Source: Armatimonadota bacterium
Lineage (GTDB): Bacteria; Armatimonadota; DTGP01; JAKQQT01
DNA length: 64,000 nucleotides
NCBI GenBank assembly: GCA_036504095.1
Contig: DASXVS010000024.1
Span: forward strand, 145,257 to 209,256
Direction: 5' to 3'
This document shows positions 37,676 through 47,147 of the stretch, one piece after another. Each line of letters starts with the position of its first letter. The stretch's first letter is position 1. Below the pieces are notes generated by a model, which saw only the letters and a program-made list of their open reading frames with translations, ran no database searches and had not been told where the DNA came from. Position numbers and translations under genes: made by a program.

Positions 37676-38188
37676 ATGATCATCAGAACAGAAACCAGCG
37701 ACGATTTCCCGCGCATATACGAGTTGGTCAAAGTCGCGTTTCAGACGGCGAAGGTGAGCGGTGGAACCGAACAGGACTTTGTGAACCAGGTCCGGAGCGG
37801 CGATGCATACATCCCGGAACTGGCCCTGGTGGCCGAGGAAGGTGGGCAACTTATCGGCCACATTATGATGTCGAAGATCGACATCGTGAACGGGACCGGC
37901 AAGTCGGGTTCGCTCCTTCTGGCGCCCGTCTGCGTCGCCCTGGAGCATCGTGACAATGGAATCGGTTCCGCTCTGATCAGGGAGAGCATGGGGCTGGCAC
38001 GCGAGATGGGTTACACCTCCGTGCTGCTTCTTGGCGACCCGGCCTATTACCACCGGTTCGGCTTCAGAACGTCCACGGATTTCGGCATCACGTTCGCGCA
38101 CCAGACCCCGGAGATCGAAGCGAACGTAATGGCCTGCGAACTGAAGCCGAACGCCCTGGCTGGCGTCAACGGGTCTTTCGACTGCTGA
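37676..38188 (+). CDS. GNAT-family N-acetyltransferase
   Basis: Acetyl-CoA-binding motif (Q/R)xxGxG/A as HRDNGIGSALI. Confidence 0.7.
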   Translation: MIIRTETSDDFPRIYELVKVAFQTAKVSGGTEQDFVNQVRSGDAYIPELALVAEEGGQLIGHIMMSKIDIVNGTGKSGSLLLAPVCVALEHRDNGIGSALIRESMGLAREMGYTSVLLLGDPAYYHRFGFRTSTDFGITFAHQTPEIEANVMACELKPNALAGVNGSFDC

Positions 38189-39323
38189 GCCGTGGGGCCG
38201 CGCCGTCGATCTGCACGGTGTCGCCGCCGTAGTGGGTCGCGATGAAGAGCCCATTTCGCTCTCCGTATAGGCGTTCGGCGACGCGGTCGGCAACCGGCAG
38301 GACCGTCTGCTCGTGGGCACACACGATCGGGGAGACGCGCTCGAGGCGGCCGGTGGTCTGCTTGTTCTGGCAACCACAGGAGTGCATGCAGCGCGGGCGG
38401 ATGGCGCACTCGAGGCACTCCGGCGGGTCCTCCGTGCTAAGGTCTCGCAAGCGCGCGCGGGCGGCCTCATCAAGGCCCGTCCTCACGTCGCCGATGGCCC
38501 ACGCGTCCCCCTCGCCGTCATCAACGAACTGGACGCATGGGTAGAGACGGCCGTTCGGCGCAACCGAAATCTGCCGCTGCCCCAGATGGCACTGAGCGAG
38601 ATGGCCGCGATCCGGCCGTATGTGGGACTGGATCTTGTGGTCGAAAGGGCTGAACCGGACGGCCGTTCCGTCGGCGTAAGCCTGGTAATACCAGTCGGCA
38701 ACCAACTCGTACTGGTGCTCCAGCGTGCGGAAATGCCGCAGTTCCCACTTCGCGCCGTGATCGAGCGTGCTGACAATCGACCGAAAGCCCATGGAATGCA
38801 GACACTTCACCGACGCGGCGAGCCAGCGGGCGGTGAACGGCGTGACGACCATCTGCGCCTGAGCGTCCGGTTGATGCCGTAGCAGGAGTTCCGCTGCGCG
38901 CGCTACGGTCCCAAAGGAAGCGCGGCCCACCGCGTCCACCCGGTTGGCGTCGTGGGCGGATGGGGTGCCGTCGATGCTGAGGGCGACCTGGATCTCACGC
39001 GTGTCCTCGCCCGTGAGGAACGCCTCATCCAGAAGCAGCCCGTTGGTGGGCATATGGAAGACGAATCGGCGACTCGTCTTCCGCGAGACCTGCCGGCAGT
39101 ACCTTACCGTTTCCGCGATAAGGTCCCGGCGCAGGAGTGGCTCGCCCCCGAAGAACACGATCTCGACCGGCCATGCGGGCGTTTCGCGCTGCGTGATATC
39201 GACCCCCAGGTCCACGGCCGCGCGGGCTGTCTCGACGGTCATATCGCCACCCTGGTGGGTGGATTCGTAGCAGTACCGGCAGCGCAGGTTGCAGCGGGCG
39301 GTCAGGTGCAGGGACAGGTCCAA
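38166..39323 (-). CDS. radical SAM enzyme with C-terminal SPASM domain (anSME-like peptide/protein maturase)
   Basis: CNLRCRYC (CxxxCxxC). SPASM cluster CLECAIRPRCMHSC (CxxCx5Cx3C) with an upstream Cys cluster. Confidence 0.8.
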   Translation of the reverse strand: MDLSLHLTARCNLRCRYCYESTHQGGDMTVETARAAVDLGVDITQRETPAWPVEIVFFGGEPLLRRDLIAETVRYCRQVSRKTSRRFVFHMPTNGLLLDEAFLTGEDTREIQVALSIDGTPSAHDANRVDAVGRASFGTVARAAELLLRHQPDAQAQMVVTPFTARWLAASVKCLHSMGFRSIVSTLDHGAKWELRHFRTLEHQYELVADWYYQAYADGTAVRFSPFDHKIQSHIRPDRGHLAQCHLGQRQISVAPNGRLYPCVQFVDDGEGDAWAIGDVRTGLDEAARARLRDLSTEDPPECLECAIRPRCMHSCGCQNKQTTGRLERVSPIVCAHEQTVLPVADRVAERLYGERNGLFIATHYGGDTVQIDGAAPRLSSRKTR

Positions 39324-39354
39324 ATGAACGATCCTTCTATCCGGAGCGAACAGG

Positions 39355-39954
39355 CTACGGTCGGGGTAACCTCGGAGGCCCCATCATGCCCGGCGCCGGA
39401 GGGAGTTTGGGTGCGACGTTCTGAAGGACCAGCGCCTTGCGCCCCGTCGCGGAGAAAATCGCAACGTTTGCGCCACGCTTCGAGACGTTCAGACCCAGCG
39501 CCGACCCAACAGCCCGCGCCGGCACAAACAGCTCGCCTCGAATCAGGCGAGGCGCTTCCGAGAACCGCATCACCCGGCCGTTCACGGTGGAGGTTGTCTG
39601 TCCCGGCGCCAGGACAACCGTCGTCTCGCCGAGTTTCAGGGTCCAGGCCGGTGGATTCCCAGCGTGAGCCAGACGAACGTCCAGCGCGTCCCGCAGGACT
39701 GTAACCGGGACGAACGTGGTGCTCGACACCAGGATCCCGAAGCTGTTGAACACTCGCGTGGGAGGAACCGGGGCGGCGACCTCGCCGAGGAGTGGCATCG
39801 GCTTGGTCTCAACGGGCGGCAGTTTCGGGGGCGCGGGCCTTCCCTTGACGATTAGATTCGCCCCGTTCGCGGCGGCACCTGTACCGGCGAGTGCCGCCAG
39901 GAACATGGCCGGGTAATTAGGGGAGCTATAGTGTTTGGTGGGTCGTAGCCGCAT
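39355..39954 (-). CDS. secreted protein with a copper-amine-oxidase N-terminal-like (PF07833-like) domain, paralog 1
   Basis: ELFVPARAVGSALGL fits the CuAO-N tlvPlRavaealG consensus. Pro-rich flanking linkers. Confidence 0.55.
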   Translation of the reverse strand: MRLRPTKHYSSPNYPAMFLAALAGTGAAANGANLIVKGRPAPPKLPPVETKPMPLLGEVAAPVPPTRVFNSFGILVSSTTFVPVTVLRDALDVRLAHAGNPPAWTLKLGETTVVLAPGQTTSTVNGRVMRFSEAPRLIRGELFVPARAVGSALGLNVSKRGANVAIFSATGRKALVLQNVAPKLPPAPGMMGPPRLPRP

Positions 39955-40002
39955 GATGTCGTACCTCTATCCCGTTGTGCCGTGTCTGGCACGTTCTTCG
40001 AA

Positions 40003-40620
40003 CTAGCGCTTCGGCAGCGGCGGCGGGGCGGGGGTGCCCTGAAGCGGCTGTGGCGCGGCTGGTCCAGTCTTGTCCACAGGAACGGCCTTCAGGATGAGCA
40101 TTTTACGCCCCTTCGATGTGCTGAGGGCGATGTCCAACCCGCGTTGCCCGATGGTGAGTCCTAGCGCTTCACCCACAGCCCGCACAGGAACGTAAAGCGA
40201 TCGGCCCTGCATGAACGGGCGCACCGGCAACCGGATGGGCTTGCCGTTGGCGATCGCTTCGAGTCTCCCCTGAGTCAGAACGACGCGCTTAGTACCGAGT
40301 TCAAGCGTCCAATCGCTCTTGCTGGCAGGGTGGATCACGCGGACGCCCAGTTTATCCGCCAGCATAGCTGTTGATACGAATGCCGTATCGCTCCACAGGA
40401 CCGGCGCGCCGTCTACACCGTTCTTCGGCAGGAGCGGCGCGGCGATTTTTCCAAGCATAACCGGCGCTTTGGGCTCTGTCTGCGTGGTCTTCGGTGGCTT
40501 GGGCCCGCTCTTAATGATCAGGTTTGCCGCATTCGCATTGGCGCCCGCTGCCACGAGCGCTGCCATCGCAATGGCCGGGTAGCCTGGAACCGCGCACCGT
40601 GATACTGGTCGAATCTTCAT
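40003..40620 (-). CDS. secreted protein with a copper-amine-oxidase N-terminal-like domain, paralog 2
   Basis: SLYVPVRAVGEALGL. Same architecture as 39355..39954 (tandem duplication). Confidence 0.55.
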   Translation of the reverse strand: MKIRPVSRCAVPGYPAIAMAALVAAGANANAANLIIKSGPKPPKTTQTEPKAPVMLGKIAAPLLPKNGVDGAPVLWSDTAFVSTAMLADKLGVRVIHPASKSDWTLELGTKRVVLTQGRLEAIANGKPIRLPVRPFMQGRSLYVPVRAVGEALGLTIGQRGLDIALSTSKGRKMLILKAVPVDKTGPAAPQPLQGTPAPPPLPKR

Positions 40621-42206
40621 CTTCGTTCCCTCTTCGTGAGCGTTTGTCTTGTCTGACCCTTTGCCCGCGCGGAACCTTCAATCCGTTTTGGAGACGCTGC
40701 CTGGCCGGTTGCGTTCCACCGCTTCCCTATGGCCTGCAGGATACGGTTCTCGAGGCCGCCGGTGTACAGGTCCATATGATCGCGCCCGGGCACAATCTCG
40801 ACGTAGGCATCGCTATGGACGGACTTCAGGTAGTCTCGAAGAAGAACGACCGCTTCGTTGAGGTGGAAATTGTCACGGTCGCCCACGATGATATGGAGTT
40901 TCCCTTTTAGCTTCGCCATGAGCGGTTTCCCGCCGGCCGCGAGCACGCGGTGGATGTCGTAGCGGCGCCATGCGCGAGCCACGGCCGGATCGATGGCGCC
41001 GGTGTGGCGGTTGAACAGGCGCATCGGGCGGCCGTCCTGGCCTCGAGGGCTGAAGACGGCTTCGAACGACGCCATCTGTCCGCCGTACTCGCCAGCAACC
41101 ATTTCGTACCGCGCGAAGTCGCGGAACGACATAGTGTCCGCGCCGCCGAAGCGCACGAGGTTGCGGGCCGCACCGTCAGGACGCACGTAAGCGTTCTCAA
41201 GGGGCTTTGCATCGATGTTGATCGTGCAGAACGAGCGGAAATCGACCGGATCCGGCCCGGTGGACCACGTTCCGTTGAAGAACGTCGGGTAGTTCACCTG
41301 CAGCCAGAGCGTGCTCCATCCGCCAGACGAGTGGCCGGTAAGGAAGCGCCCGCGGGCGTCGGTTAGCAGGCCGAACCGCTTCTCCAGGAACGGGATGAAC
41401 TCGCGGGTAAGCGCGGCGCCCCAGGGTCCGTTGTTGACGGAGTCCGCGAACTCGGTATGCCCGAGAGATGTCTCCGGGTCAAGGAACACGTGCGCCATCG
41501 ACGGGATGACGCCGCGCTTCATCCGGTCCCTGAGCGATCTTGAGCTCCAGAATGCTCCTTCGTCTCCGCCGCCGAAACCGGGCACGCGGTAAACAGCGGG
41601 CCACCGCCGTTTCGAGGCGTCCGGCGGCATCACGACAGCGGCCCGCATCGTGACGGGGCGCCCCCAGAACCGAGACAAAATGGGGCTGGTGAACTTGACT
41701 TCGGTTACGCCGTCTACCGTCCGCTTGCGCGGAGCGGGCGTCACACGGGTCAGCAGAAGGGGAATCGTCCCGGCGTGCGCCGAATCCAGGTTCGAGAGTT
41801 TGACGACTGCGCTTGTGATGTCCCCCGGACCCTGCTCCGAACGCGCGAAGGAGTGGTCGGCATCCAGCAGCGCCATGGCCTGCCAGTCGCCCTTTGGAGC
41901 CGAGGAGAGTGGCGCCGGATAGGCCAGCGTGTCCGGGTTTATCACCACTGCTTCGCCGGGAGCCAGGCCCTCGACCTCCTGCGCGGCGGTGTATGTGGAA
42001 GCGCCTCCGAAGGCGCCGCCAAAGCCGGTGCTGATGGTATCCAGCGGCTGTTTGACGTTCGTGATGAAGACCAGCAGGCGGCCCGAAACCGGAGCGGAGG
42101 CCGCTTCCCTTGCCAGCTGAACCTCAAACCGGAGGGGGGCGGCCGTTTGTGTCCGCGCGCCTGAGGCCGCAAGGGCGAAGGCTGCGATTGTGATTCCCCA
42201 GCGCAT
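40617..42206 (-). CDS. secreted esterase (enterochelin-esterase/'putative esterase' alpha/beta-hydrolase family)
   Basis: Signal peptide. Nucleophile elbow GHSSGGW. Confidence 0.65.
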   Translation of the reverse strand: MRWGITIAAFALAASGARTQTAAPLRFEVQLAREAASAPVSGRLLVFITNVKQPLDTISTGFGGAFGGASTYTAAQEVEGLAPGEAVVINPDTLAYPAPLSSAPKGDWQAMALLDADHSFARSEQGPGDITSAVVKLSNLDSAHAGTIPLLLTRVTPAPRKRTVDGVTEVKFTSPILSRFWGRPVTMRAAVVMPPDASKRRWPAVYRVPGFGGGDEGAFWSSRSLRDRMKRGVIPSMAHVFLDPETSLGHTEFADSVNNGPWGAALTREFIPFLEKRFGLLTDARGRFLTGHSSGGWSTLWLQVNYPTFFNGTWSTGPDPVDFRSFCTINIDAKPLENAYVRPDGAARNLVRFGGADTMSFRDFARYEMVAGEYGGQMASFEAVFSPRGQDGRPMRLFNRHTGAIDPAVARAWRRYDIHRVLAAGGKPLMAKLKGKLHIIVGDRDNFHLNEAVVLLRDYLKSVHSDAYVEIVPGRDHMDLYTGGLENRILQAIGKRWNATGQAASPKRIEGSARAKGQTRQTLTKRERR

Positions 42207-42269
42207 GTTTCCACCTCGATATGTGCTCGTGCGCGTTACCTGTGGATAATATGTAACGGAGGAGCCGCT

Positions 42270-43277
42270 ATGTCGAACTCGGAACGCCGGGGCATTGCCG
42301 CCGCCGGCAACTGGATTGTGGACAACGTCAAGATCATTGACACATGGCCCGAGCAGGAAGCGTTGGCAAACATACTGGACGAACGGAAGGGCACCGGCGG
42401 CGCTCCGTACAATGTCCTGATGGACCTTGCGGCGTTGCAGGCACCTTTTCCACTCACGGGAATCGGCGTACTCGGTTGCGACGAGGACGGCGACGCGATT
42501 GAACGCGATATGCGCGAGCGCGGTGTCCGGTGTTTCCTCCGCCGAAGCGAGACAGGCAGAACATCATACACCTGCGTCATGACGGTCCGCGGCACGGGGC
42601 GCCGAACGTTCTTTCACAATCGCGGGCCAAATGCCGAATTCGCACCGCGGGATGTGCCGCTGGACATGCTTGATTGCCGCATCCTGCATCTGGGATACCT
42701 GCTTCTGCTGGAGTCGATGGACGCCGAAGACGAAGAATATGGCACCGCGGCGGCGCGGTTGCTCGCCGATGCGCGGCGTCGCGGCATCCACACTTCCGTG
42801 GACGTTGTGAGCGAGTCCAGTGACCGGTTTCAGCGCATCGCGCGGCCGGCTCTTCCGCACATCGATACGCTCATCTGCAACGAGATCGAGGGCGGTCGCA
42901 TCGCGGGCATCGACATCCGTGTGGGAGATGCGCTGGATAGAGACGCCATGTCGCGCGCGGCAGCCACACTGTTGGAACTCGGGGTGAACGAGACGGTTGT
43001 GCTTCATGCGCCCGAAGGCGGTTATGCTCGCGACAAAGCCGGCCGGGAGTGGTTCAGGTCCAGTCTGCGTCTGCCTCCGGGATACATTCAAGGCTCCGCG
43101 GGCGCGGGCGATGCGTTCTGCGCGGGATACCTTTACGGCGCCCACGAAGGCTGGGGGATGGAAGATCGGCTGACGCTGGCCGTCTGCGCGGCGGCGGCCA
43201 GCCTGAGCGACCCGACCTGCTCCGCCGGCATGCGCCCGCTGAACGAAGTGCTGGCCCTGGCCGGACAATATGGTTAG
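42270..43277 (+). CDS. PfkB-family carbohydrate kinase
   Basis: C-terminal GAGDAFCAGYLYG motif and N-terminal GG pattern. Confidence 0.7.
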   Translation: MSNSERRGIAAAGNWIVDNVKIIDTWPEQEALANILDERKGTGGAPYNVLMDLAALQAPFPLTGIGVLGCDEDGDAIERDMRERGVRCFLRRSETGRTSYTCVMTVRGTGRRTFFHNRGPNAEFAPRDVPLDMLDCRILHLGYLLLLESMDAEDEEYGTAAARLLADARRRGIHTSVDVVSESSDRFQRIARPALPHIDTLICNEIEGGRIAGIDIRVGDALDRDAMSRAAATLLELGVNETVVLHAPEGGYARDKAGREWFRSSLRLPPGYIQGSAGAGDAFCAGYLYGAHEGWGMEDRLTLAVCAAAASLSDPTCSAGMRPLNEVLALAGQYG

Positions 43278-43394
43278 GACGGGGGGCGAGCCACAGGAGT
43301 GCGCGACAAGGCTGCATGATTCTGTGTTGGTAGTTCCTGCTTCGCCGTTCGGGCGCCGGAACTATGGCGCGGGTCTTGCCGTCGGAAAAGGTAT

Positions 43395-45389
43395 ATGAAG
43401 ATGTTTAGACCGCGCTTATTGGCGCTTCTGGCCTGCTTCGGCGCCGTCGCCGGAGCGAACGGCGCGTTGCCGTATCTCTCGCGGTCCGAGCGGCCGTGGA
43501 CCACAGACCGCATCATGGTCAAGTGGCGCGACGGCAGCCCGCCCGTGCGCTTCCACTTCCCGGTCATCGGCACCCATACTCAGGGGGCCATGTCGATCCT
43601 CAGACTGCCCAGGGGCGCGCAGATGAGCGCCGCCCTGGCTGAGCTACGCGCCGATCCGCGCGTGCTGCGCGCGGAGCCCAATGTGCGGCGTCGGATTCTC
43701 ACCCTTAACCCGCCGAATGAGCCGGGTTGGACAGCCACCGACCCGCAGCCCGATTACACCACGCGGACCTACGGCGAGTCGATTGCCGCCGCGGACCAGA
43801 AAACCTACATGTGGGCGCTCCAGAAGATCAACGCTCTGGATGCCTGGCGCGATTACCCTGGCACATACTACATGTCCGCCACGAAGCCGGCGAACCCCGT
43901 CAAGATCGCCGTGATCGACACCGGGTGTGACCTGGCGCATCCGGACTGGCTGAACGTGGGGGGCAGCAGCGCTAACGCCGCGCAGGGGGGACAGCTCGAC
44001 CTGGCCGATGCCGTTTCGTTCCTCGGAGGCACCGGACAGGCGCAGCCGCTGACCGACGATCAGGTTGGGCACGGCACGTTCACAGCGGGAATCGTGGGCG
44101 CTGCCGCCAATAACGGCGGAACGGTCAACCCCGTCGGGGGGGCCATCGGGATCGCGTACGCCGCACAGGTGATGCCGATCCAGGTCCTGAACGACGCGTC
44201 AACCGGTTCGGTAGACGACGAGATCAGCGGCATCTACTGGGCGGTGGACCACGGCGCGCAGGTGATCAGTCTCAGTCTCGGCGACTATACGTACTCTTCC
44301 TTCGAGCAGGATGCGGTGGACTATGCCTGGCAGCATAACGTCCTGGTTGTCGCCGCGGCGGGCAACGATGGAGGCGCCGACGCGCTCGGAAACCCCGGGC
44401 AGAACCGTCCCCTGTACCCCGCGTGCGACAATCACGTGCTCGCGGTTGGCGCCACCGACCACTATGACACACCTGCCTCCTACTCGAATCACGGGCAGTA
44501 TCTGGGCATCGCCGCTCCGGGAGGCGATCTGGACCCGAATGTGACGGTGCCCATCTACGGGGTCCTGGATGTACCCGTTCAGTTCACCGTATGGTCCTGT
44601 ATGCCCACCCATCCGTTCCAATTGCAGGTGCAATCCGACGGTATGGGGGGTACTATCAACGATTACCTGCACGAGAACTATGACTACGCGCCGGGTACGT
44701 CGGCCGCGTGTCCTTTCGTGGCCGGCCTCGCCGGTCTGTACGCGCAGAAATTCGGGATCACCCGCAACACCCCCAACGCCGCCGCCACCCTCTACCAGGC
44801 GCTTCAGCGGAGCGCGGTCAATACCCAGGCCGTTGCCAATGGTGGATGGAGCGAGTACGGTGGTTTCGGGCGGATCGACGCGGCGAAAACACTCGGTAAC
44901 GTCGATACGCGCAACGCGACAGTTGGGTGCATTGTCGGTAAGGTGACGACCAATGCCAACGCCGAAACGGGAATCCGCATCACGGCGACCATGGGTACGG
45001 TAACGAAGAGCGTAAACACACGCAGCCCCGACGGCGGCTTCCGGATCGCCAACCTCGCGCCGGGACAGTGGGCAGTTACAGCGTCCACCACAACGTCCAT
45101 CGGCACTGTGGTAGTGACGGTTCGGCCCGGCGTGGACAATTTCGGTGCGGACTTCAACTTCCCATGGCCGTATGGCGATATCGATCACAACGGCATTGTG
45201 GATATGCGCGACGCGGTTGAGGCGGCGCGGATGATCGCCGGGACGGACCCCATGGACCCGTACGGCCAACAGCGCCTCGACATCTACCCATGGGCGGGTG
45301 TGGGCGGCCCCCTCCACGGGGACGGTACGCTGGACTATCGCGACGTTGCGCAGATCATGCGCATCGCGGCCGGCCTGCGGCTTCTGTGA
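43395..45389 (+). CDS. secreted subtilisin-like (S8) serine peptidase with a C-terminal dockerin-like module
   Basis: Catalytic triad regions AVIDTGCD, HGTFTAGIV, GTSAACPFVAG. C-terminal DIDHNGIVDMRDAVEAARMIAG...DGTLDYRDVAQIMRIAAG resembles dockerin repeats. Confidence 0.8.
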   Translation: MKMFRPRLLALLACFGAVAGANGALPYLSRSERPWTTDRIMVKWRDGSPPVRFHFPVIGTHTQGAMSILRLPRGAQMSAALAELRADPRVLRAEPNVRRRILTLNPPNEPGWTATDPQPDYTTRTYGESIAAADQKTYMWALQKINALDAWRDYPGTYYMSATKPANPVKIAVIDTGCDLAHPDWLNVGGSSANAAQGGQLDLADAVSFLGGTGQAQPLTDDQVGHGTFTAGIVGAAANNGGTVNPVGGAIGIAYAAQVMPIQVLNDASTGSVDDEISGIYWAVDHGAQVISLSLGDYTYSSFEQDAVDYAWQHNVLVVAAAGNDGGADALGNPGQNRPLYPACDNHVLAVGATDHYDTPASYSNHGQYLGIAAPGGDLDPNVTVPIYGVLDVPVQFTVWSCMPTHPFQLQVQSDGMGGTINDYLHENYDYAPGTSAACPFVAGLAGLYAQKFGITRNTPNAAATLYQALQRSAVNTQAVANGGWSEYGGFGRIDAAKTLGNVDTRNATVGCIVGKVTTNANAETGIRITATMGTVTKSVNTRSPDGGFRIANLAPGQWAVTASTTTSIGTVVVTVRPGVDNFGADFNFPWPYGDIDHNGIVDMRDAVEAARMIAGTDPMDPYGQQRLDIYPWAGVGGPLHGDGTLDYRDVAQIMRIAAGLRLL

Positions 45390-45766
45390 GTTAGCTGGAA
45401 ACGCCACGGCACGCCGTGGCGATTCCAGCCGCGGTTTCAAGCGCGCGGGGCGGTTCGTCCTCCGTGTGACATTGAGCTTCCACGGTCACGGCTGGACTCC
45501 GGTCTTCGTATCCCCTTCGCCGAAAACGGCTACCATGCCCGCGCGATCGGTATGGCTCCGCATCCGTCATCTCGACTCTCCTGAAAAAGCACAGACTCAC
45601 CACCACGCCTACCGAGGCGTCAGCCAAGCCTGGTGTTCTCCGCCCGGATGCCCGATTCCGTTCCCGGCGGATGAATAACACGGCTGTCTCCACCTGTAGT
45701 AATCCATGTCAGGCATACACGCACCGCTCAGCGGGGCAGGAACTACAGGAACCAAAGGAGAATCAG

Positions 45767-46267
45767 ATGAACAACGTCAGTTCGGGAAAAGCGATGGTAG
45801 GGGGCTTCGTCGGGACAGCGGTGATGACGGTTATGCTCTACGCCGCGAATATGATGGGCCTGGTCCAGATGGACCTTGCCGGGATGGTCGGATCGATGAT
45901 GAACGGCGGGCACCACCCGCCGATGATGAGCGGGATATGGTGGTTGGGTATGATGGTGCACTTCGTGAATGGCTCCATCGTCTTCCCGCTCGTCTACACG
46001 CACTTCGTTCACCGTATACTTCCCGGTGCTCCCGTTGTGCGCGGTCTGTTGTGGGGCACGGCGCTGTGGCTAGGCATGGAGACGATGGCCTTCCCCATGG
46101 TGGGGCTGGGCTTCTTCGGCACCAAGACCCCGAGTCCGATGATGATGGTTGCCGGGCCCATGATGTTACACATAGTCTACGGCGCCATCCTCGGCGCGAT
46201 TGCCGGCGCGCCGGCAAAGGACCACGGCGGCGAGTGGTCGAGTGGCGCGCCGATGTTGGCACACTGA
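45767..46267 (+). CDS. hypothetical Met/Gly-rich integral membrane protein
   Basis: AAGGAG RBS before ATG 45767. About 4 hydrophobic segments. The longer ORF from 45671 is unlikely. Confidence 0.5.
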   Translation: MNNVSSGKAMVGGFVGTAVMTVMLYAANMMGLVQMDLAGMVGSMMNGGHHPPMMSGIWWLGMMVHFVNGSIVFPLVYTHFVHRILPGAPVVRGLLWGTALWLGMETMAFPMVGLGFFGTKTPSPMMMVAGPMMLHIVYGAILGAIAGAPAKDHGGEWSSGAPMLAH

Positions 46268-46351
46268 GAGCGATTGACCAAGGATGCGGATGCTGGGGGC
46301 GAGATGCTTGTTGGCCGTTGGCCAGATGCGCCTCGCCCCCTGATCGCGCCT

Positions 46352-46921
46352 TCAGCGAGCCGCTTTCCGCACAGCATCGAGCACCTCTTCCGCCGCAGCG
46401 CGGATCCTGTAGTCCTCATTTTCATAGGCGAATGAAATGCGCCGCTTGCGGTCAATAACAAACGTGCCCGGCTTCAGTACCCCGTTCGTGTAGACCCCGG
46501 CGTACTTCCGTGCGGCTTCGCCGTTCCGGTCCGACAGGAAGGTGATGAAGTCAGCCTTCTCCCTGTCCTGCATCTGCTTCAGGGCGGTCCCGTCCTCATT
46601 CGAGATGGCGATAACGGCGGCTCCCGACTTCTGAAACTCTTGTTTGAGCCGGCCCAACTGGGCCAGTTGCGCATGGCAGTACGGTCACCACACACCGCGA
46701 TAGAACACAAGGACGATGGGTTTCCTGCCCATGATCCTCCCGATGTCCACCTTACGCCCGTCCTCATCCGGCAGCGAGAAGGCTGCTGCCTTCCGGCCGG
46801 TGAGGCTCTTTGGCGCCGAATCTGTCCCCGCCGGTTTCTGAGTATACCCCGGCTGCGCTGCCAGCAGCAATAGAACCGGAACCGCCATACCCGGTGGCTT
46901 GATGTGATCTCGCATCCCCAT
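46352..46921 (-). CDS. secreted thioredoxin-fold redoxin (AhpC/TSA-redoxin family); candidate selenoprotein with an in-frame TGA (fwd 46685-46687) in a UxxC motif
   Basis: One continuous frame: ...GRKPIVLVFYRGVW-[TGA]-PYCHAQLAQLGRLKQEF... is the canonical WCxxC position. AAGGAGG RBS before MGMRD plus a signal peptide. The ORF track splits it into 46352..46657 and 46685..47023. Confidence 0.6.
46649..46666 (-). promoter_or_regulatory. SECIS-like hairpin 19-36 nt downstream of the in-frame UGA
   Basis: mRNA cuggccc-aguu-gggccgg. 7-bp stem including one G.U pair. GU in the apical loop. Confidence 0.4.
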
Positions 46922-47035
46922 ACAACCTCCTTTGATTGCCGTCCGAGGCCTGTCACGTTCGGGGACCAATGTCGGTGATGAGACACAATCCCCAAGCATG
47001 GTTACACGCGGCGGCGGGTACATTATTCACGTTTC

Positions 47036-47069
47036 TTTTTTGAACAATCGGCCCGAGCGAGCCTGTAAG
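47036..47069 (+). promoter_or_regulatory. candidate ECF-sigma-dependent promoter TTTTGAACAAT-N14-CTGTAAG
   Basis: Shares TTTTGAACAAT-N14-CTGTA with the promoter in front of the ECF sigma gene at 47989. Confidence 0.5.
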
Positions 47070-47147
47070 ACCCTGTGAAAGCACGAGCGGCACGAGCCGC
47101 CAAGTCCCGGCCCGCTAGATGCGTGGGCCGAACGAAAGGAAACCGAG

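Noticed and set aside
45298-45693. ORFs 45298..45678 (+) and 45391..45693 (-) in the long intergenic region upstream of 45767
   Set aside because: The first begins inside the S8 protease 3' end in another frame. Neither has an RBS or motifs. The region is treated as a non-coding leader carrying the conserved motif.
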